Shown: in pieces, positions 11,860-24,941 of the stretch
Layout: each line of letters begins with the position of its first letter
How positions within the stretch are numbered: position 1 is the stretch's first letter
Source of the DNA: Hypanus sabinus
Taxonomy: Eukaryota
Assembly: GCF_030144855.1 (NCBI RefSeq)
Contig: NC_082714.1
Coordinates: forward strand, 94,364,001 to 94,428,000
DNA length: 64,000 nucleotides
Direction of reading: 5' to 3'
Translations under genes and position numbers: made by a program
Notes under the pieces: model-generated
Seen by the model: the letters and a program-made list of their open reading frames with translations, nothing else
Told to the model about the DNA's origin: nothing
Database searches by the model: none

Positions 11860-14470
11860 TAACAGTCGATTCTCGCAGCGGCTCTCCTTATCTTCTTCAG
11901 GGCTTAATTTTAAATTTGCGCGCTCCGAATCCCCATTGGAGCTGTGCTGACAAGGGGTGGGTCCAGTTGTACTCTAAACTAAAATTGGTAGCGACTTGGC
12001 GCACTGAAACAAGGAAAGCTGAGTGGAGTCCGAGAACAGAAAACAAAAGCACGAGCGCAGGCGCAACCACGTAACACCACCATCCACGAAGAACAAACTT
12101 GTCATCTCTTTGCAACAAAAATTACAGTAACTCATGGACCGAGACAGTATGTCTAGCAATACATTTTCGTTCCCTTTGTTACAACGAATATCAATATTAT
12201 AATTGCGGGAAATGAATACCAGCGCGTAAGGCGTTGGTTCCGGTTCTGCATACGGAAGCGAAAGACAATGGGATTGTGATCTAAATACACAACAACTGGG
12301 AGAACTAGAACCTACATAAAATTCGAAATGCGATAGTGCAAATAGGAGAGGTAGACATTCCTTTTCTATGGCGAAGTAGTTAATTTGGTATAGGGAAGGA
12401 ATGTATATTTTCGACGTTCGCGTCACTGGACGCACTTGCCCCCGACGAACGACTTTGCACAGATCGGTGACCTAAGCTTTCCAGAAGTGACACTTATCCC
12501 ATTAACGGTTAACGAGGCCTCATCTAAACGCGAGAATACACGCTGAAGAGTTCCATGTGCGACAGCCAGTCAACAGAATAGACCACGAAGTTATTTAAAT
12601 ACGGCTCACAGTTAGGCATCGCCTCAAAAAACTTGCGACATGTGTAGTTGGAATGTTGCGGATGCGTTACGCATTCCGAAAGCCATGACAGAGCAGTGTA
12701 GTAAGTGGTTCCCAGAACCAGAGTTAGAGATTTAAGCGGCACGAAGAGTTTGCGGGACCTATCAATAAACATTTCACAGCTCAAGCTTACTGTCAAAATT
12801 GGCTGAAGGTACTCTGTAAATGTAATTCTCCATACCCAACAGTGGAAATGAGCCTGAAACCATAACTGCGTTTACTTTCCGATAATGTGTGCAGAAGCGG
12901 ATATTCCATTTCTCCTGGGCAGCAGGATGCAGGAGAGCAGTGGGAGGGGGGAGGGGGAGCACCACGAGCTAGAGCTAGGATGGGCTATCCGATGAATGAG
13001 CAGGTATTGCCTCCTGCTGCATCAAACCCAATGGGGTTCACCCGCTGCGCATGCTGCTTCAGATGCTTAGCACCATTCACAAAAATGTCATGCACCAACA
13101 CATTCATTCGAGTAGGTACATCGTTAAACAACGCCTGATAATCCTGAATTAATTGTTACACATCTGACTGTTGCAAGGGATCTTGGTGTGACAACCAACT
13201 CTGGAGCTCCGAGTAATGGAGAAGAATTTTACAATTTGGCACACTACTCTGGGGCGTTCCGGAGTACTAGACAGTGCTCATCCGCGCTGTCAGCTGGCTT
13301 GGAGACAGCGACTGCAATGGAGCGAGCGGCCCCTACCTCTGAAGACGGAATCCCAAAAGCTGTTCCCCATCGCAATATGGTTTTACCATGTTGATATGTA
13401 ACACAAGACTCTGTCGCTTCCGGTCAGGGTGTTCAATACGAATAGGTACTCAGAAAGTTAGAGAACAATCAGGGAAATTCCTAAAAGTGAGATTGGAATG
13501 CTGAACCCCATATGATAAGAAATGCCAAAACCAAATTCCCAGGACTGAAGCAGCGAGACATTTTGTTTTTAATTGTAATGCATCTTCATTTGAGCCTGCG
13601 AAGATGCCAGAGCCTTCTAGGTGTGGACACAAACAGTGTGGAGATGATCTTTGAATTCTCTAACATAATCCAGTAGATCAGGCTTTGGGACTCTGAATAG
13701 CTGCTATTTGAGTGGCATAAGCTGTCCTCTAATATAATGCCCAAAGATTATTTCAGCAGGAGGAATCCGCGGGACTCCTATACGATGCCATGCACAGCAA
13801 ATATTACAAAAGGATTGCTTGTATCCCAGTTTTCCTCGTGCTCCAAACAACAGACATGCAACTTAGACTTTAGCGCCTGATGGAATCTTTCTAAAGAGCT
13901 CTGTGAATCCGGATGATAGGCACAGGGGAACGCGTGAAGAACTGAAAGTACGTTCATAACCTGGGCAAACACTGTGAACATAAGTCTCATAACCCGATTA
14001 ATCCGCATGACTCTCGGCAGACCAAATGTGGAGAAGAACTGCATGAAGTCCTTAACTATAACAAGCGCAGCAACTTTACACAGGGAAAACTCCTCGAGAA
14101 AACGGGTGGCCGCGCACATTACGGTCAGCAAAAACTGGTTCTCCGACAAGGTTCCACTAGTACTCACTCGAACGACCATCCCATCACAGAAATAGGGCGA
14201 AGATGTGCAGGGGTTAATCTTGATTAGGTTTACCTCCGCGCTGGCATACCGGTCGGGTTCGGCAATAGTCAGCCACGGCACGCTTCATTCCGGGCCAAAC
14301 GAAATGGCGTAAAATGTGTTATACGTTTTAGTAACACCTGGGTGTCCTCCGAATGGGTGGTCATGCGATACCTACAGCATATACTGTCCGCAATTTGTCG
14401 CTATCACGATCTGAAAGACAGCCTCGGACACAATAGGCTCCCACTTACGCCTCAGTCTTCCAACAGTATC
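11860..14470 (-). mobile_element. Degraded Gmr1-like Ty3/Gypsy retrotransposon (integrase-RT-RNase H order) with 3' LTR starting at 12076
   Basis: From high to low coordinates: integrase HHCC region (HDHPFGGHPGVTKTY..HF.WPGMKRAVADYCRT, ~14400-14270); core (FGLPR..SAYHP.SQ..LERFHQ.LK, 13778-14281); RT N-terminus (DVPTRMNVLVHDI..KQHA.RVNP); RT (YLNNFVVYS); RNase H end (IEKECL.LLFAL.HFE.YV...KGNENVL.D.LSR). A PPT is followed by TGTTACG at 12076. The left boundary is approximate. Confidence 0.8.
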
Positions 14471-14924
14471 AGACAGGATCGACATACAACATACAACAAA
14501 ACTGAAAATTAATTAAGAGCAATGAATTGTATAAATATATGGTCAGAGATTAAAGTACGAAGAAGGAATAAAATGAACATAAATACCAGCTGTATTTATG
14601 ATGTACACATATAATGTTAAAGTGATTTAAAATGATTACAGTGTAGTGCAGTGACCAGGCGAGGGAGTGCGTTGTTAACTAGTCTGGTTGATAAGATTAA
14701 CTGTCTGGAGGGAAGAAGCTTTTAACGCAGTGTGACATTTTTGTTTTAATAGGTCTGTAGCGATTTCTGAAACGAACCTTTAGGAAGTGCAGATTGCTGG
14801 GTGAGTAGTTTAATAAGTGAGGTATCTTTGATATCTGGAAACATCAGGTGCTCGAAGTACTGCTAGTGAACATGTGATGGCGGTAGACCGCCGCGAGGAT
14901 CTGAATTGGTCAAGTCCTAAGATA

Positions 14925-15850
14925 TTGAATTGAATTGAATTTCAGTTTTGTCATTTAGAAACCGCAGATGCAATGCAGTTAAAAAATGAGATAACGTTCC
15001 TCCAGAATGAAATCACAAAAGCACATGACAAAACAGAGTACACCAGAAAATCCACATAACGTTTGGCAATCCCCAATTCAGAATCCGGAGATGCTGCTGC
15101 GTATTAACATCACGCTACCATCTTAGCGTATTCCCCGGAAAGGAGCACCAAAGCCAACGGACAAAACAAGTCTACCCAGACTCACCAAGTTAGGAGACCA
15201 ACTCTAACACCCAACAAACCAAAACCTAAAGCTACAAGACCTACACAAAACCGCATAGTTAAAAATAGTTATAGTTAACATATACTTACAACTCACAGAC
15301 GATACCATAATTCATAAAAAAACCGACAATGGACACAGTAAAAATAGTCTAAAGATGTTAAAAGACTATAAGTTCGAAAGAAACCACCACACAGTTTCCT
15401 CAAGTCCTCAGGGTCCCGATAGACTCGTCATCCCACGCTGTCGACAGAAGTGGATAAACCCGATATGGACTTCCAATGCACTGCTGGACTCAACCTCGCA
15501 GACGCAGCACACAGTGAAAACGTCCAGATCGCAGCGGACTTCGAGTCCGTCGAACCTCCGAGCCTGCAACCATCCCCTCCGGCATAGCATCTCCGAGCAC
15601 CATCCTACGCCGAGTGCATTAAGGCACCCCCACCAACGGCTACCGGCAACATGACCCCGAGGACTGGGGGCCTGTTCTTCTCAGCAGAAACCCGGACCTC
15701 ATAACGAAGAAGGCCTTCCTGCATGTTTCCAGATGTTCCTCCGTGCTCCCACGTCCATTTTTCATCAGATTAGGATTGTGCATGGCACCCCTCTTAACAA
15801 CTACCAGATATCAACTCCGGAGATGCCGCTGCATAGCGCCGCCATCTTGG
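14925..15850. mobile_element. Unclassified interspersed repeat
   Basis: Starts with (TTGAA)n and ends at GCCGCCATCTTGG. It resembles abundant ray non-autonomous repeats, from recall only; no protein motif was seen. Confidence 0.35.
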
Positions 15851-15866
15851 ATGCAACCGTCCTCAG

Positions 15867-16066
15867 CTTCTGAGGTAAAAGAGGCGCGTTCTGCCTCTTA
15901 CTGCCAGAAGACGGAACTGTCTTATTGCACCTCCTCTTCCATTGCTGTTTCCCCATTTGCTGCTAAACGTCAGTAATTTGCGATTTCAGTGCATCTCTGA
16001 ATCGGTTTTAAGCACATTTACCTCAGGTAACAGTTCACGTGGAACAAATGTAGGAGAGGATGCATA
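15867..16066 (+). repeat. ~200-bp direct duplication, copy 1 (copy 2 at 16823-17023)
   Basis: Both copies run from CTTCTGAGGTAAAAGAGGCGC to GGAACAAATGTAGGAGAGGATGCATA, with scattered substitutions. Confidence 0.85.
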
Positions 16067-16822
16067 TTGAAAGCAATTTTACGAAAGTGAGCGAAAAGAA
16101 GACATGGGTTTAGACGGCGCTTGTCACCATTCTGGACAGCTGAAAAGTGCTTTACACTAATGAGCTGATTGATAAAACCTGATATTCCTGGAATACATTA
16201 AACCGTGAGGCCAGTGGCACTTAATGACCATCTGCTACACTGAAGATTTGTGAGAGGTTGTTGTCCTACAGATAAGTCCATGGTTGAATGTAAGAAATTA
16301 ATATTTGAGTTTGAATTGTATTGACATTATTTGTTACATCCGTCACAAACAAGAGGAGTTAAAATCATTACCTTAAATCTCCGTCTAAATGAGCAACGTG
16401 CAATTACTGTAATTTATAATAAATAGAACAATCACTGTAACATAGACTATACTCACATCAGTGTGAGGTAATCAGTCTGATGGCCTGGTGGACGAACAAT
16501 TGGACCAACACCTGTTGGTCCTGGTTGTTACTCTGCCGTACCGTTTCCCGGATGGTAACAGCTGGAATAGATTGTAGTTATGGTGACTGGGGTCACCTAT
16601 GATCCGACGGGCCCTTTTAACACACATGCCCCTGTAAAAGTCCTGGATTATGGAAGTTCAGTTATAGATCCTCTGGGCTGTCCACCCCACACTCTTCAGT
16701 GTCCTGCGATTAAGGGAGGTACAGTTCCCATACCAGGCAGTGATGCAGCCAGTCAGGGTGCTCTCAGTTGTGTTCCTCTAGAAAATCCTTAGGTGTCGGA
16801 AACCCTAACAAACTTCCCCAAC

Positions 16823-17023
16823 CTTCTGAGGTAAAAGAGGCGCTGTTCTGACTTTTACTGCCAGAATACAGAACTGTTTTGGCACACCTCCTCTTCCATT
16901 GCTATTTCCCCATTTACTGCTAAACTTCAGTAATTTGTGACTTCAGTGCATCTTTGAACCAGTTTTAAGCACATTTGCTTGAAGTAACACTTCAGTTGGA
17001 ACAAATGTAGGAGAGGATGCATA
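16823..17023 (+). repeat. ~200-bp direct duplication, copy 2
   Basis: See copy 1. Confidence 0.85.
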
Positions 17024-17229
17024 GCAAATACGCAGGTCCAGAAAGCTAACACAATACCTGGGAGACACTCAGAAGCTGAAAGAAGCAGATAAACAACACT
17101 GGCAATTGGTCCTCTCTATCCAGATACAAAACCTCCGAAGCAGGAGAGTTTTAAAAGTCTGGCAGGGGTACATGAAAATATAGCACTCAGAAACTAGAGT
17201 AGATTATTCGGCCTCCTCCTCCCATTCCC

Positions 17230-18430
17230 TTATTCAATGTGATCACGGTAAACCTGTCATCCATAGAAACGTAAAACATAGAAATCTCGAGCAGATTACA
17301 GGCCACAATATTGTAACCTGCTCTAGAAAAGGTATAGACTTTCCCTACCTCAGAACCCTCTACTTTGCTAAGCTCCATGTACCTACCAAAGATTCTCTTA
17401 AAATACCCTACTGTATCTGTCTCTGCCAGCTTTGTTCTCAGTGCGTTCCACGTAATAATCGCACTCAGTAGAGTCCACCTTTGAATCCCCCCTTGTAACC
17501 ACTTCCAAGCACCTTAAGATTATGCCCCCTCGTATTAGCCATTTCAGTACTGGAATGAAAGCCTCTGGCTAGCCATACGATCAATGCATCTCATAATCTC
17601 ATATACTTCTAGCAGGTCAACTCTCATCCACTGTTTCTCCAGGAAAAAAGGCCAAGTTCAGTCATCCTATTCTGATAAGGCATGCTTTCCAATCCAGGCA
17701 GCATCCTTCTGCATTCTTTATATACTATCTACGTCTATTCGGAAATGAGATGAATAGAACTCAATACAGTACTCTAATTAGAAACTAAGATCTTATATAG
17801 CTGTAACATTACCCCACGAACTCAATCCCACAGTTGATGAAGGCCAACACACCATACGCCTTTTAACAACACTGACAACCTGCGTAGCAGCTTTGAATGT
17901 CCTATAGATTTGGACACCAAAATGTTGATCATTCTCTGCACTGTCAAGCGTGTTTCCATTAATATTATATTCAGTCTTCATTTTGACCTATCGAGATGAC
18001 CACTTCACACTTATCTGGGTTGAACTCCCTCTGCCACTTCCCAACCCAGTTCTGCATCCTATTGATGTCACGCTGTAACCTTTGAAAACCCTGAAGACTA
18101 TCTACAACAACCCAAATTTGTTTTATCAGCAAACCAGTCGACACTCCTACCCCGTCATCCAAGTCATTTATAAAATAGATCACAAGGAGGCGGGACCCCA
18201 GAACAGATCTTGTTACCGCCCTTCATGCAGAATACGACCCAATCACAACCATTCCATGCCTTCTGTGGGCAAGCTAATTCTGGATTCGCAAAGCAGGGTC
18301 TCCTTGGACCCCTTGCCTCCTTACTTTCTGAATGAGCTTCACATGGGGAACTCGGATCTTCAGGAATAATACCTGACTCAACAATTCCCTGAACATCTCA
18401 GCCTATCGCATTCTCTGGGAACTCCCCACC
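17230..18430 (-). mobile_element. CR1-type LINE RT fragment
   Basis: The reverse strand reads IYFINDLDDGV....K...D..G..RLQRDINRMQNWV.KWQ.EFNPDKCEV, followed by a typical CR1 3' tail. Confidence 0.75.
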
Positions 18431-18640
18431 AGTCAGAGTGACGATATCTGCAACGTTCGGAGTAAAGTTAACAAAGTTCGTACATGTCATCACATACCAC
18501 CTTGATTTAAATTCCTTGCAGGCATTGACAGTAGTTCAGAGAAATACAATCGAATCAAAGGCAGACGGGCAAACAATCAATGTATAGAGCTTGTAGGATA
18601 AGTTCAGAGTTGAGATTGATGAAGTTGTCTACGCTGGTTC

Positions 18641-19946
18641 TGTCATAACGTGGGCGTTGGCAACGGACCCAAATGCGAGACAGAGACATTGAAGGACTAG
18701 GGAAAGGACCAGGTGTGTCAAAAAGCAAGGGAAATCGTAGAGAAACAACACTGGACAAAATGCAGGTCCTAGTCGAGACTAGGATCCAGTGCCTGGGCTA
18801 GGACAAGACTCTGAAAGAGGGACTTGGATAAGGAACTAGGAACTAGGAACCTGGACAAGGAATCTGGACCAGAGACTGGACAGGGAGCTAGAACCTTGAT
18901 CTTGACTCGGGCTTGGACTCCGGATCCAGGCGAGGACTGGACGTGGCAAGGTAACAGGACTGGACGTGGGAGCAGGACGCTGGGCTCCAGGGCTGGATGA
19001 GGACATGGAGCTCAGACTAGGTCTTGGACGAGGAAGAGCAAAGCAAAAGCGGGGAGAGGCGTAGCTGGACATGGACACTGGCTTTGGATGAGACCAGGAC
19101 TCAGGGCCTGGGCTACGACTCGGACTGGAACCTCTGTGGAGCTTGGGCACGGACTGGAACCTACTCGGAGACTTGGACACGGACTGGGACTGGACTTGGA
19201 CACAGAACAACAAACAACGGCAGTCAAATCAAATAGCGGCAAACGGCTTGCCTACTGAGCTAGATACAAAACGACAAATCAACCACAGTCCGTTCGAGTA
19301 GCGGCAAACAGCCTGCCTAGTGAGCTGGATAGGAGACGACGAAACAACTGCAGTGCATTAGAGTAGCGGCAAACGGCCTGCCTGCTGAGCCTTGAACTCG
19401 AGCACGGGAACACTGAACACTGAACCGCGACCCCTCCTTGGGGACAAGACATCGGGCCAGGACTCATACACGGGGACACAAAGAGACAGTTTCAAGCCTA
19501 GCGATAAATAGTTCCTTCTGTTGGCGTGGCAAGGCTCCGATCTCACTCCAGCGGCTAAACTTGACGGCGATGCAGGCGAGGAAGCAGGCAAGGCTTCAGG
19601 TGTGGGTTGCTGTATGAAGGGGAAAGGAAGGGAACGGTCCAACCTCAGGGCAACGGCAAAGCCGTCCTGTCTTACCCAACGGAGGCAAGGACAGTGAGGG
19701 ACAGTTCCAAAAGCAGGGTAAAGGCAAAGACGGCCTGACTTACCCCACAGAAGCGAGGACAGGATACTGAGAAGACGAACCAACACATACACTCGAACCC
19801 AGGGCACATAACTCCCGGCGCAAGACTAGAATCAGGTGCCTATGATGAAGCCCAAATTAAACAAGGGACAGCTGGAAGACCCGGAGTCTGGAATTAACGG
19901 ACTGGACCGTGAACCGGAACGCGGATTTCACGGACCGAACAGGACA
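18641..19946 (-). mobile_element. Solo LTR (~1.3 kb) with internal tandem repeats
   Basis: TG...CA termini (TGTCATAACG at 18641, AGGACA ending 19946). Flanks GGTTC/GTTTC form a 4/5 target-site duplication. It contains degenerate GGACTGGAC-type short repeats and three copies of TAGCGGCAAAC.GC.TGCCT..TGAGC about 64 bp apart. Confidence 0.7.
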
Positions 19947-20207
19947 GTTTCAGGACTAGAATGGCCGAAGGATAATAACTATTCTTGAACCTAGTGGATA
20001 AGACCAGACTCTCCTGTGGCTGTCGCATGGGACAGAGTTGCTGTACCGTGAAAGAAGAGAGAGAAGTTCGGAGTGTGATCAGGGATAACTCCTTAAGCCA
20101 AGATGGTATAACACAAGAGATTATATAGCTGCTGGAAATCCAAAGCAACACACGCATATTGCAGGAGGAATTCAGTAGGCTTGACAGCATCAATGGAAAT
20201 TAATATA

Positions 20208-20245
20208 CAGTCAACATTCCGAGTTGAGCCTCTTCTTCAGGACTG
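20208..20245 (-). ncRNA. Degenerate Penelope-type minimal hammerhead motif
   Basis: Reverse strand: CAGUC-CUGAAGA-AGAGGCUCAACUC-GGAA-UGUU-GACUG. Stem I is perfect; the GAAA box and cleavage triplet are mutated. Confidence 0.5.
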
Positions 20246-21394
20246 GACAATAGTCTTGGCCCTGAACGTACACTCATTATTCTGTTGCAAAGATCCTGCC
20301 TGATTTGTTGAATTCCTCCAAAGTTTTGTGCAGAAACCCCATTTCGTCATTAATGAAGAGTCTATGTTGGCCAGTGGTGCTACCCTGTGTCGGGAATTTC
20401 ACTGACCATCAATAACCCTGTTAATTACTGATTTTATGAATCGTACAGAGCAACGTGCGGGGTATCAGAAAACAAATGTTGCCCATAAGATGGGAATCAA
20501 ATGAACAGTCAGGTACACAAGCTTCTCATCTGTTTATTTGGAATGATTCAAAATTTTAACAGTTTAGGATATCGTTGAAAACGCTGGATCAGTCAATCGC
20601 GTCTAAACTCTATAAAATATTAAAACGCATTAAAGATTAGAGGATTAGATGTATGTGGCACATGTACAACGAAACATACAGTGAAATGCGTCTGTTGACT
20701 TAAAACAAATCAGTGATTATCGTGCTCGGCACCCTGACCACTTCTGGCCACAAAATGTACTTACTTTATCTATATGCTAAGGAACGTTGGAGGAAATCGG
20801 AATGCCCGGATGAAACCGCACCGTAAACTCTGGCTGACATTCGGGTTTTGTAGACTTAATCAGAAGCTCAACTAAAAGGGATCAAATAACATAAAGAATA
20901 TTAAACATTAAATCGCAGAATTCCTGACATGGTCTTGGAGAAACTGCCAGTGAGTCAGTTTAGTTCTGATACTGCAGGCCACAGCTATCACCGCGGCAAA
21001 TTGTACAAAAAACAAATGTTAACAAAACATATGGGACATGAACTGCAGACTGAGTCCACAGCCATCTGATAATTCCACGGTGAAGCACCTTTGGGACACT
21101 TCCGTTTGTGAAATATTCTGTCACAACATTCTGTAGTATTGGGCTGAAAACGGTATTTTCTACAATCGGCCCGAAAGGCCGAGATAGAGTCGAGCTGGAG
21201 AGGATGTGTCCGATAGTAAGGGAGTCTAGTACCACAGCCTCGAAATAGACCTTTAGAAGGGACTTGAAGGGAAAATTGTACAGCAAAATATCTATGGAAT
21301 TAATCAAAACGGACGGCTGTCGAGGCCATGTCATAGGGTATGTTTAAAGCAAAATTGATAGGTTATTGATTATTCAGTGCTTCGAAATAAATTC

Positions 21395-21432
21395 CAGTCC
21401 TGAAAAGAAGTCTCGGCCTGAGACATGAACAG
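21395..21432 (+). ncRNA. Heavily degenerate Penelope-type hammerhead motif
   Basis: CAGUC-CUGAAAA-GAAGUCUCGGCCU-GAGA-CAUG-AACAG, followed by the same downstream repeat body (TAGATGCT.CCTGACCTGC.GAGTTCCTCCAGCATT) as the other copies. Confidence 0.4.
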
Positions 21433-21981
21433 TTTACTCCTCTCCATAGATGCTACCTGACCTGCCGAGTTCCTCCAGCATTCCGAGTATGTTGCTTTGG
21501 CTTTCAAGCATCTGCAGATTTTCACGTGTTTGTGAATTATTATTCTGGCCAGACCCCATAGATCCCCATCGATTTACACCAATATAACAGCGTTCCACAC
21601 TCTTTCCATCCATGCACATTGTTCCAACCCCGTCTTATAGCTTCAAATCAAACCCGCATTCACCACTTCCGCTGGAATCTGATTCCACGGTCTCAGCACC
21701 TTCCAAGAGAAGAAGTTCCCTTCAGGTTCCCCTTAAATATTTACTCTTTCACCCTTTCCGATTTTCTCTATTTTTTGTGTAACAATCCAGGTAAATATTC
21801 ACTGCTACCGTACTGGTTTTTCTGTAAATGTAGTGTTTGGCTTATGGTGAGAGATAACGGCTACTTTGGAATGTGAGCCGTCCAATCAATAGAGTGTGTT
21901 TTTGTGTTGTGTGTCTGACACCAGTGTGAGTTGGGTCTTCTGTTCGGTTGGAGATAAATGGAGAAGACGCCGGAAAGAATT

Positions 21982-22581
21982 CAATAGACAATAGACAATA
22001 GGTGCAGAAGTAGACCATTCGGCCCCTCGAGTCTGCACCACCATTCTGAGATCATGGCTGATCATTCACTCTCAATACCCAGTCCCTGCCTTGTCCCCAT
22101 ATCCCTTGATTCCCCTATCCATCAGATATCTATCGAGCTCCTTCTTGAAAGCATCCAGAGAATTGGCCTCCACCGTCTTCCGAGGCAGTGCATTCCACAC
22201 CTCCACAACTCTCTGGGAGAAGAAGCTCTTCCTCAACTCTGTTTTAAATAACTGACCTCTTATTCTCAATTCATGCCCTCTGGCACTGGACTCTCCCAAC
22301 ATCTGGAACATATTTCCTGCCTCAATCCTATCAAATTCTTTAATTACCTTAAACGTTTCAATCAGATCCCCTCTCAATCTCCTCAATTCCAGTGTGTACA
22401 AGCCCAATCTCTCCAATCTCTCTGCCTGGGATGACAGCCCTGCCATCCCAGGAATCAACCTAGTGAATCTACGCTGCACTTCCTCAATTGCCAGAATGTC
22501 CTTCCTTAAACCTGGAGACCAAAACTGTACACAATATTCCAAGTGCGGTCTCACCAGGGCCCTGTACAAATGCAAAAGGAC
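21982..22581 (-). mobile_element. CR1-type LINE 3' end, well preserved
   Basis: ORF 22072-22629 reads LYRALVRPHLEYCVQFWSP.LRKDILAIEEVQRRFTRLIPGM..LERLGLYTLE.RRLRGDLIETFK...LFKTELRKSFFSQRVVEVWNALP. An (AATAGAC)n tail is at ~21982. Confidence 0.9.
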
Positions 22582-24629
22582 GTTGTATTGTATAAATTCG
22601 TTGTAGAACGTGACCCGGAGCGGGGCCATGTTTCATTGAAGCTCAGGGAGATTGAAGGAGGATTGGCGAACGGGAACCATGAGCTCCAACTGGCTGGAGA
22701 AATATCCCTTCATTTCTTTACTAAAGGGGCATTCCACTCTTCCGAGGCTGCGTCCGCTGGGCCTAAACTGTCCCACTCTTCGAAACCTCCTCTCCACATC
22801 CATCCTTTCTTTGCCTTTCAATATTCGATAGGTTTTAGTGAGATCACCCCTCATTCATTAGCACTCCAGCCAGTATATGCCCCGAGCCGTCAACACTCCT
22901 CATACGTTAACCATTGTACTAATGGGATCATTCCTGTGAGCCTCCTCTGGACTCTCTGCAATGCTAATGTGTTCTTTCATAAATATGGGGGCTGAAATCC
23001 ACACACAATACTCGAAGTGCGGTTTGACCAATGAGCTATAAAGCCACAGCATTATATTCCTGCCTTTATATTTTCTGTGAATACCTCTAGTTTAAATATC
23101 CGTCGCCCTCGCCCACGCCCGCTTCCAAAACAGCCATCGCCATTTAGAATATATCAGCACACGACCTTATCGAGCACACTCAAATTTAAAATTAAGCCCG
23201 ATGAGGGGCCGCCCACATCACCTACTCTCCTTTCTTCTCTGGGAAAAGGCTTCCTGGCCTAATGAGAGTACAGTACTCCAAGTGCGATCTGACCGCAAAG
23301 AGTAGACGTGCATTTTTATGTGTTTGTAAACCAAGTTCCATCTGTATACACTTGGTCCCGCGTAAACAGGAAACCCCCCGCGCGCCTCTGCCTGTTTACA
23401 ATAGAACCGAACATGTATCAATAAGCATTGCACTTGCTTTTCATCAATTATAAAGGATCTCACCCCTACTTTGCAGTGACCTTACAAATCGATGAACACG
23501 TGTCTATAATTAACATCTACGGTTTAATTCGGTCACGAACAATAAGACGCTTCGCGCATTTTGCGCTCTCTTGCCTACTACAAGGAGAACGACCCGAATT
23601 TAGAGTGGAGAAGAGGTGAACAGCTAATTTAGAGGGATTTCAGAAGATATTCTGATTTAATATTGTTTCAAAAACTCAAGGTGAAAAGGGGTCAATTCAA
23701 AGGAGATATGAGGGGCAGGGCTTTCCCACAGAGAATGCTGAGTGCCTGGAACGGGCAGGAGTGATGGTAGAGGCAGACACATTTGAGACTTTTAAAGGAA
23801 GTTTAAATCGGCGCTTGGACGTGAGGAAACTGGATAGTACGTAGACAGAAGCGATTAGGTGACCATTCATTATTAATTTAATAGGTTCGGCACAACATTG
23901 CGGGTCAAAGGTCATGCCATTGTGCTGTACAGTTCTATGTTCTAAGATCTTCGTTTTGTTTAACAACCGATGTTTGATAATCTGAGAGGGTAAAATTAGG
24001 AAGGTAGATTACTCGAGAGGGAAGGTACGGTAAACTTCTTACCCCACCCGGGAATGCAACAAATGGAGGGGTGTCCAATGGATTTTTACGAACAGGATTT
24101 GGATAGAACTAAGGGAATCGGCAGCGGGTAGTGCATCTAATTGTTCACTCTGAGCCTACTCCTCTTTCTGTGTTCTGAATAGGTACTTTACAAAAGAAAA
24201 GATGGATGGGGTGAGGTCAAGCCGTGTTACCTGTGATAGGATAAGCTCCTAAATGTAATACCAAGCATCCATGGTTTGAAATCAGGGCTAGCTGTTGGGA
24301 ATGGGTGAAAGGGCTCACGTTTAATTAAAAAATGCAAATTATCATCGTCTTTAGCACATGAAGGTGAGAGAGATTCAATTGTTGAGCAGATCATAGTCGA
24401 AATCACAAGCGCACACTGGTTCAAGGTTACTCATACTTATGCGATCAGGTTGAAGTGCATTCAATTGGGGTCGGTAATGCGATAGCGGAAAAGTTAAGCG
24501 CACTCTTGTAGTTCTTCTCAACTGCACATCGGGGCTTCCAATATTCATCTGAATTTTATCCTTAATAACGTCGAGCCATCAGGACGTCAGTCTGTGCAGA
24601 AATCTCTTTCTCCTCACTGTGTGTCTTAG

Positions 24630-24941
24630 ACCGCCTTGTTCCGCTCTCCGCCGAATCAAACCGTCCATGTCGGGAGTCGGGCCTCACTGAATTGCAGACG
24701 GGACCTTGGCGTGTTTGCTTTAGTATACTGGAATAAACAGAGCGTCCTAAATCACCGGCGGTTCATTTACAGAGTGGGCCGAACCTTAGAATCGCAGGGA
24801 AGGTTCACGGAGCAGGTGGACGAAGTGTCGATCAGCTGCTCCCTAATGACTGAAAACATGCAACTAATTGATTTCGGGATCTACTCTGCGCACACCATTT
24901 CTACGTGGAATTCGGCAATGGATTCAAACTAATGGTCACTG
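24630..24941 (+). pseudogene. Non-rearranging VJ-type Ig domain exon (antigen-receptor-like gene A), frameshifted
   Basis: Acceptor GTGTCTTAG|, donor GTCACTG|GTAACC, length 312 nt (multiple of 3). Reads LFRSPPNQTVHVGSRASLNC..LVYWNKQ..GRFTEQVDEVSISCSLMTENMQLIDFGIY, then after a 1-nt loss (Y/F)CAHHFYVEFGNGFKLMVT, with a canonical FGxG J motif. A compensating +1 is needed at the exon start. Confidence 0.8.

Noticed and set aside
18836-19807. Several 70-150 aa ORFs
   Set aside because: They are by-products of the repetitive solo LTR, open in multiple frames and on both strands.
20395-20470. SLTINN reading resembling a V-domain E strand
   Set aside because: No DxxxYxC, Trp or first Cys at appropriate spacing in any frame.
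24131-24182. Possible leader exon of gene A (LFTLSLLLFLCSE, donor AG|GTACTT)
   Set aside because: No ATG, and it needs several corrections to fit frame and phase. Plausible but not supportable as a feature.
24332-24339. Perfect octamer ATGCAAAT upstream of the gene A VJ exon
   Set aside because: An 8-mer in AT-rich sequence, probably inside the leader intron, with no defined TSS to relate it to.
24615-24621. CACTGTG heptamer just upstream of the gene A VJ exon as a possible RSS
   Set aside because: No nonamer at 12 or 23 bp spacing, and it lies in the splice-acceptor tract 5' of a complete VJ.
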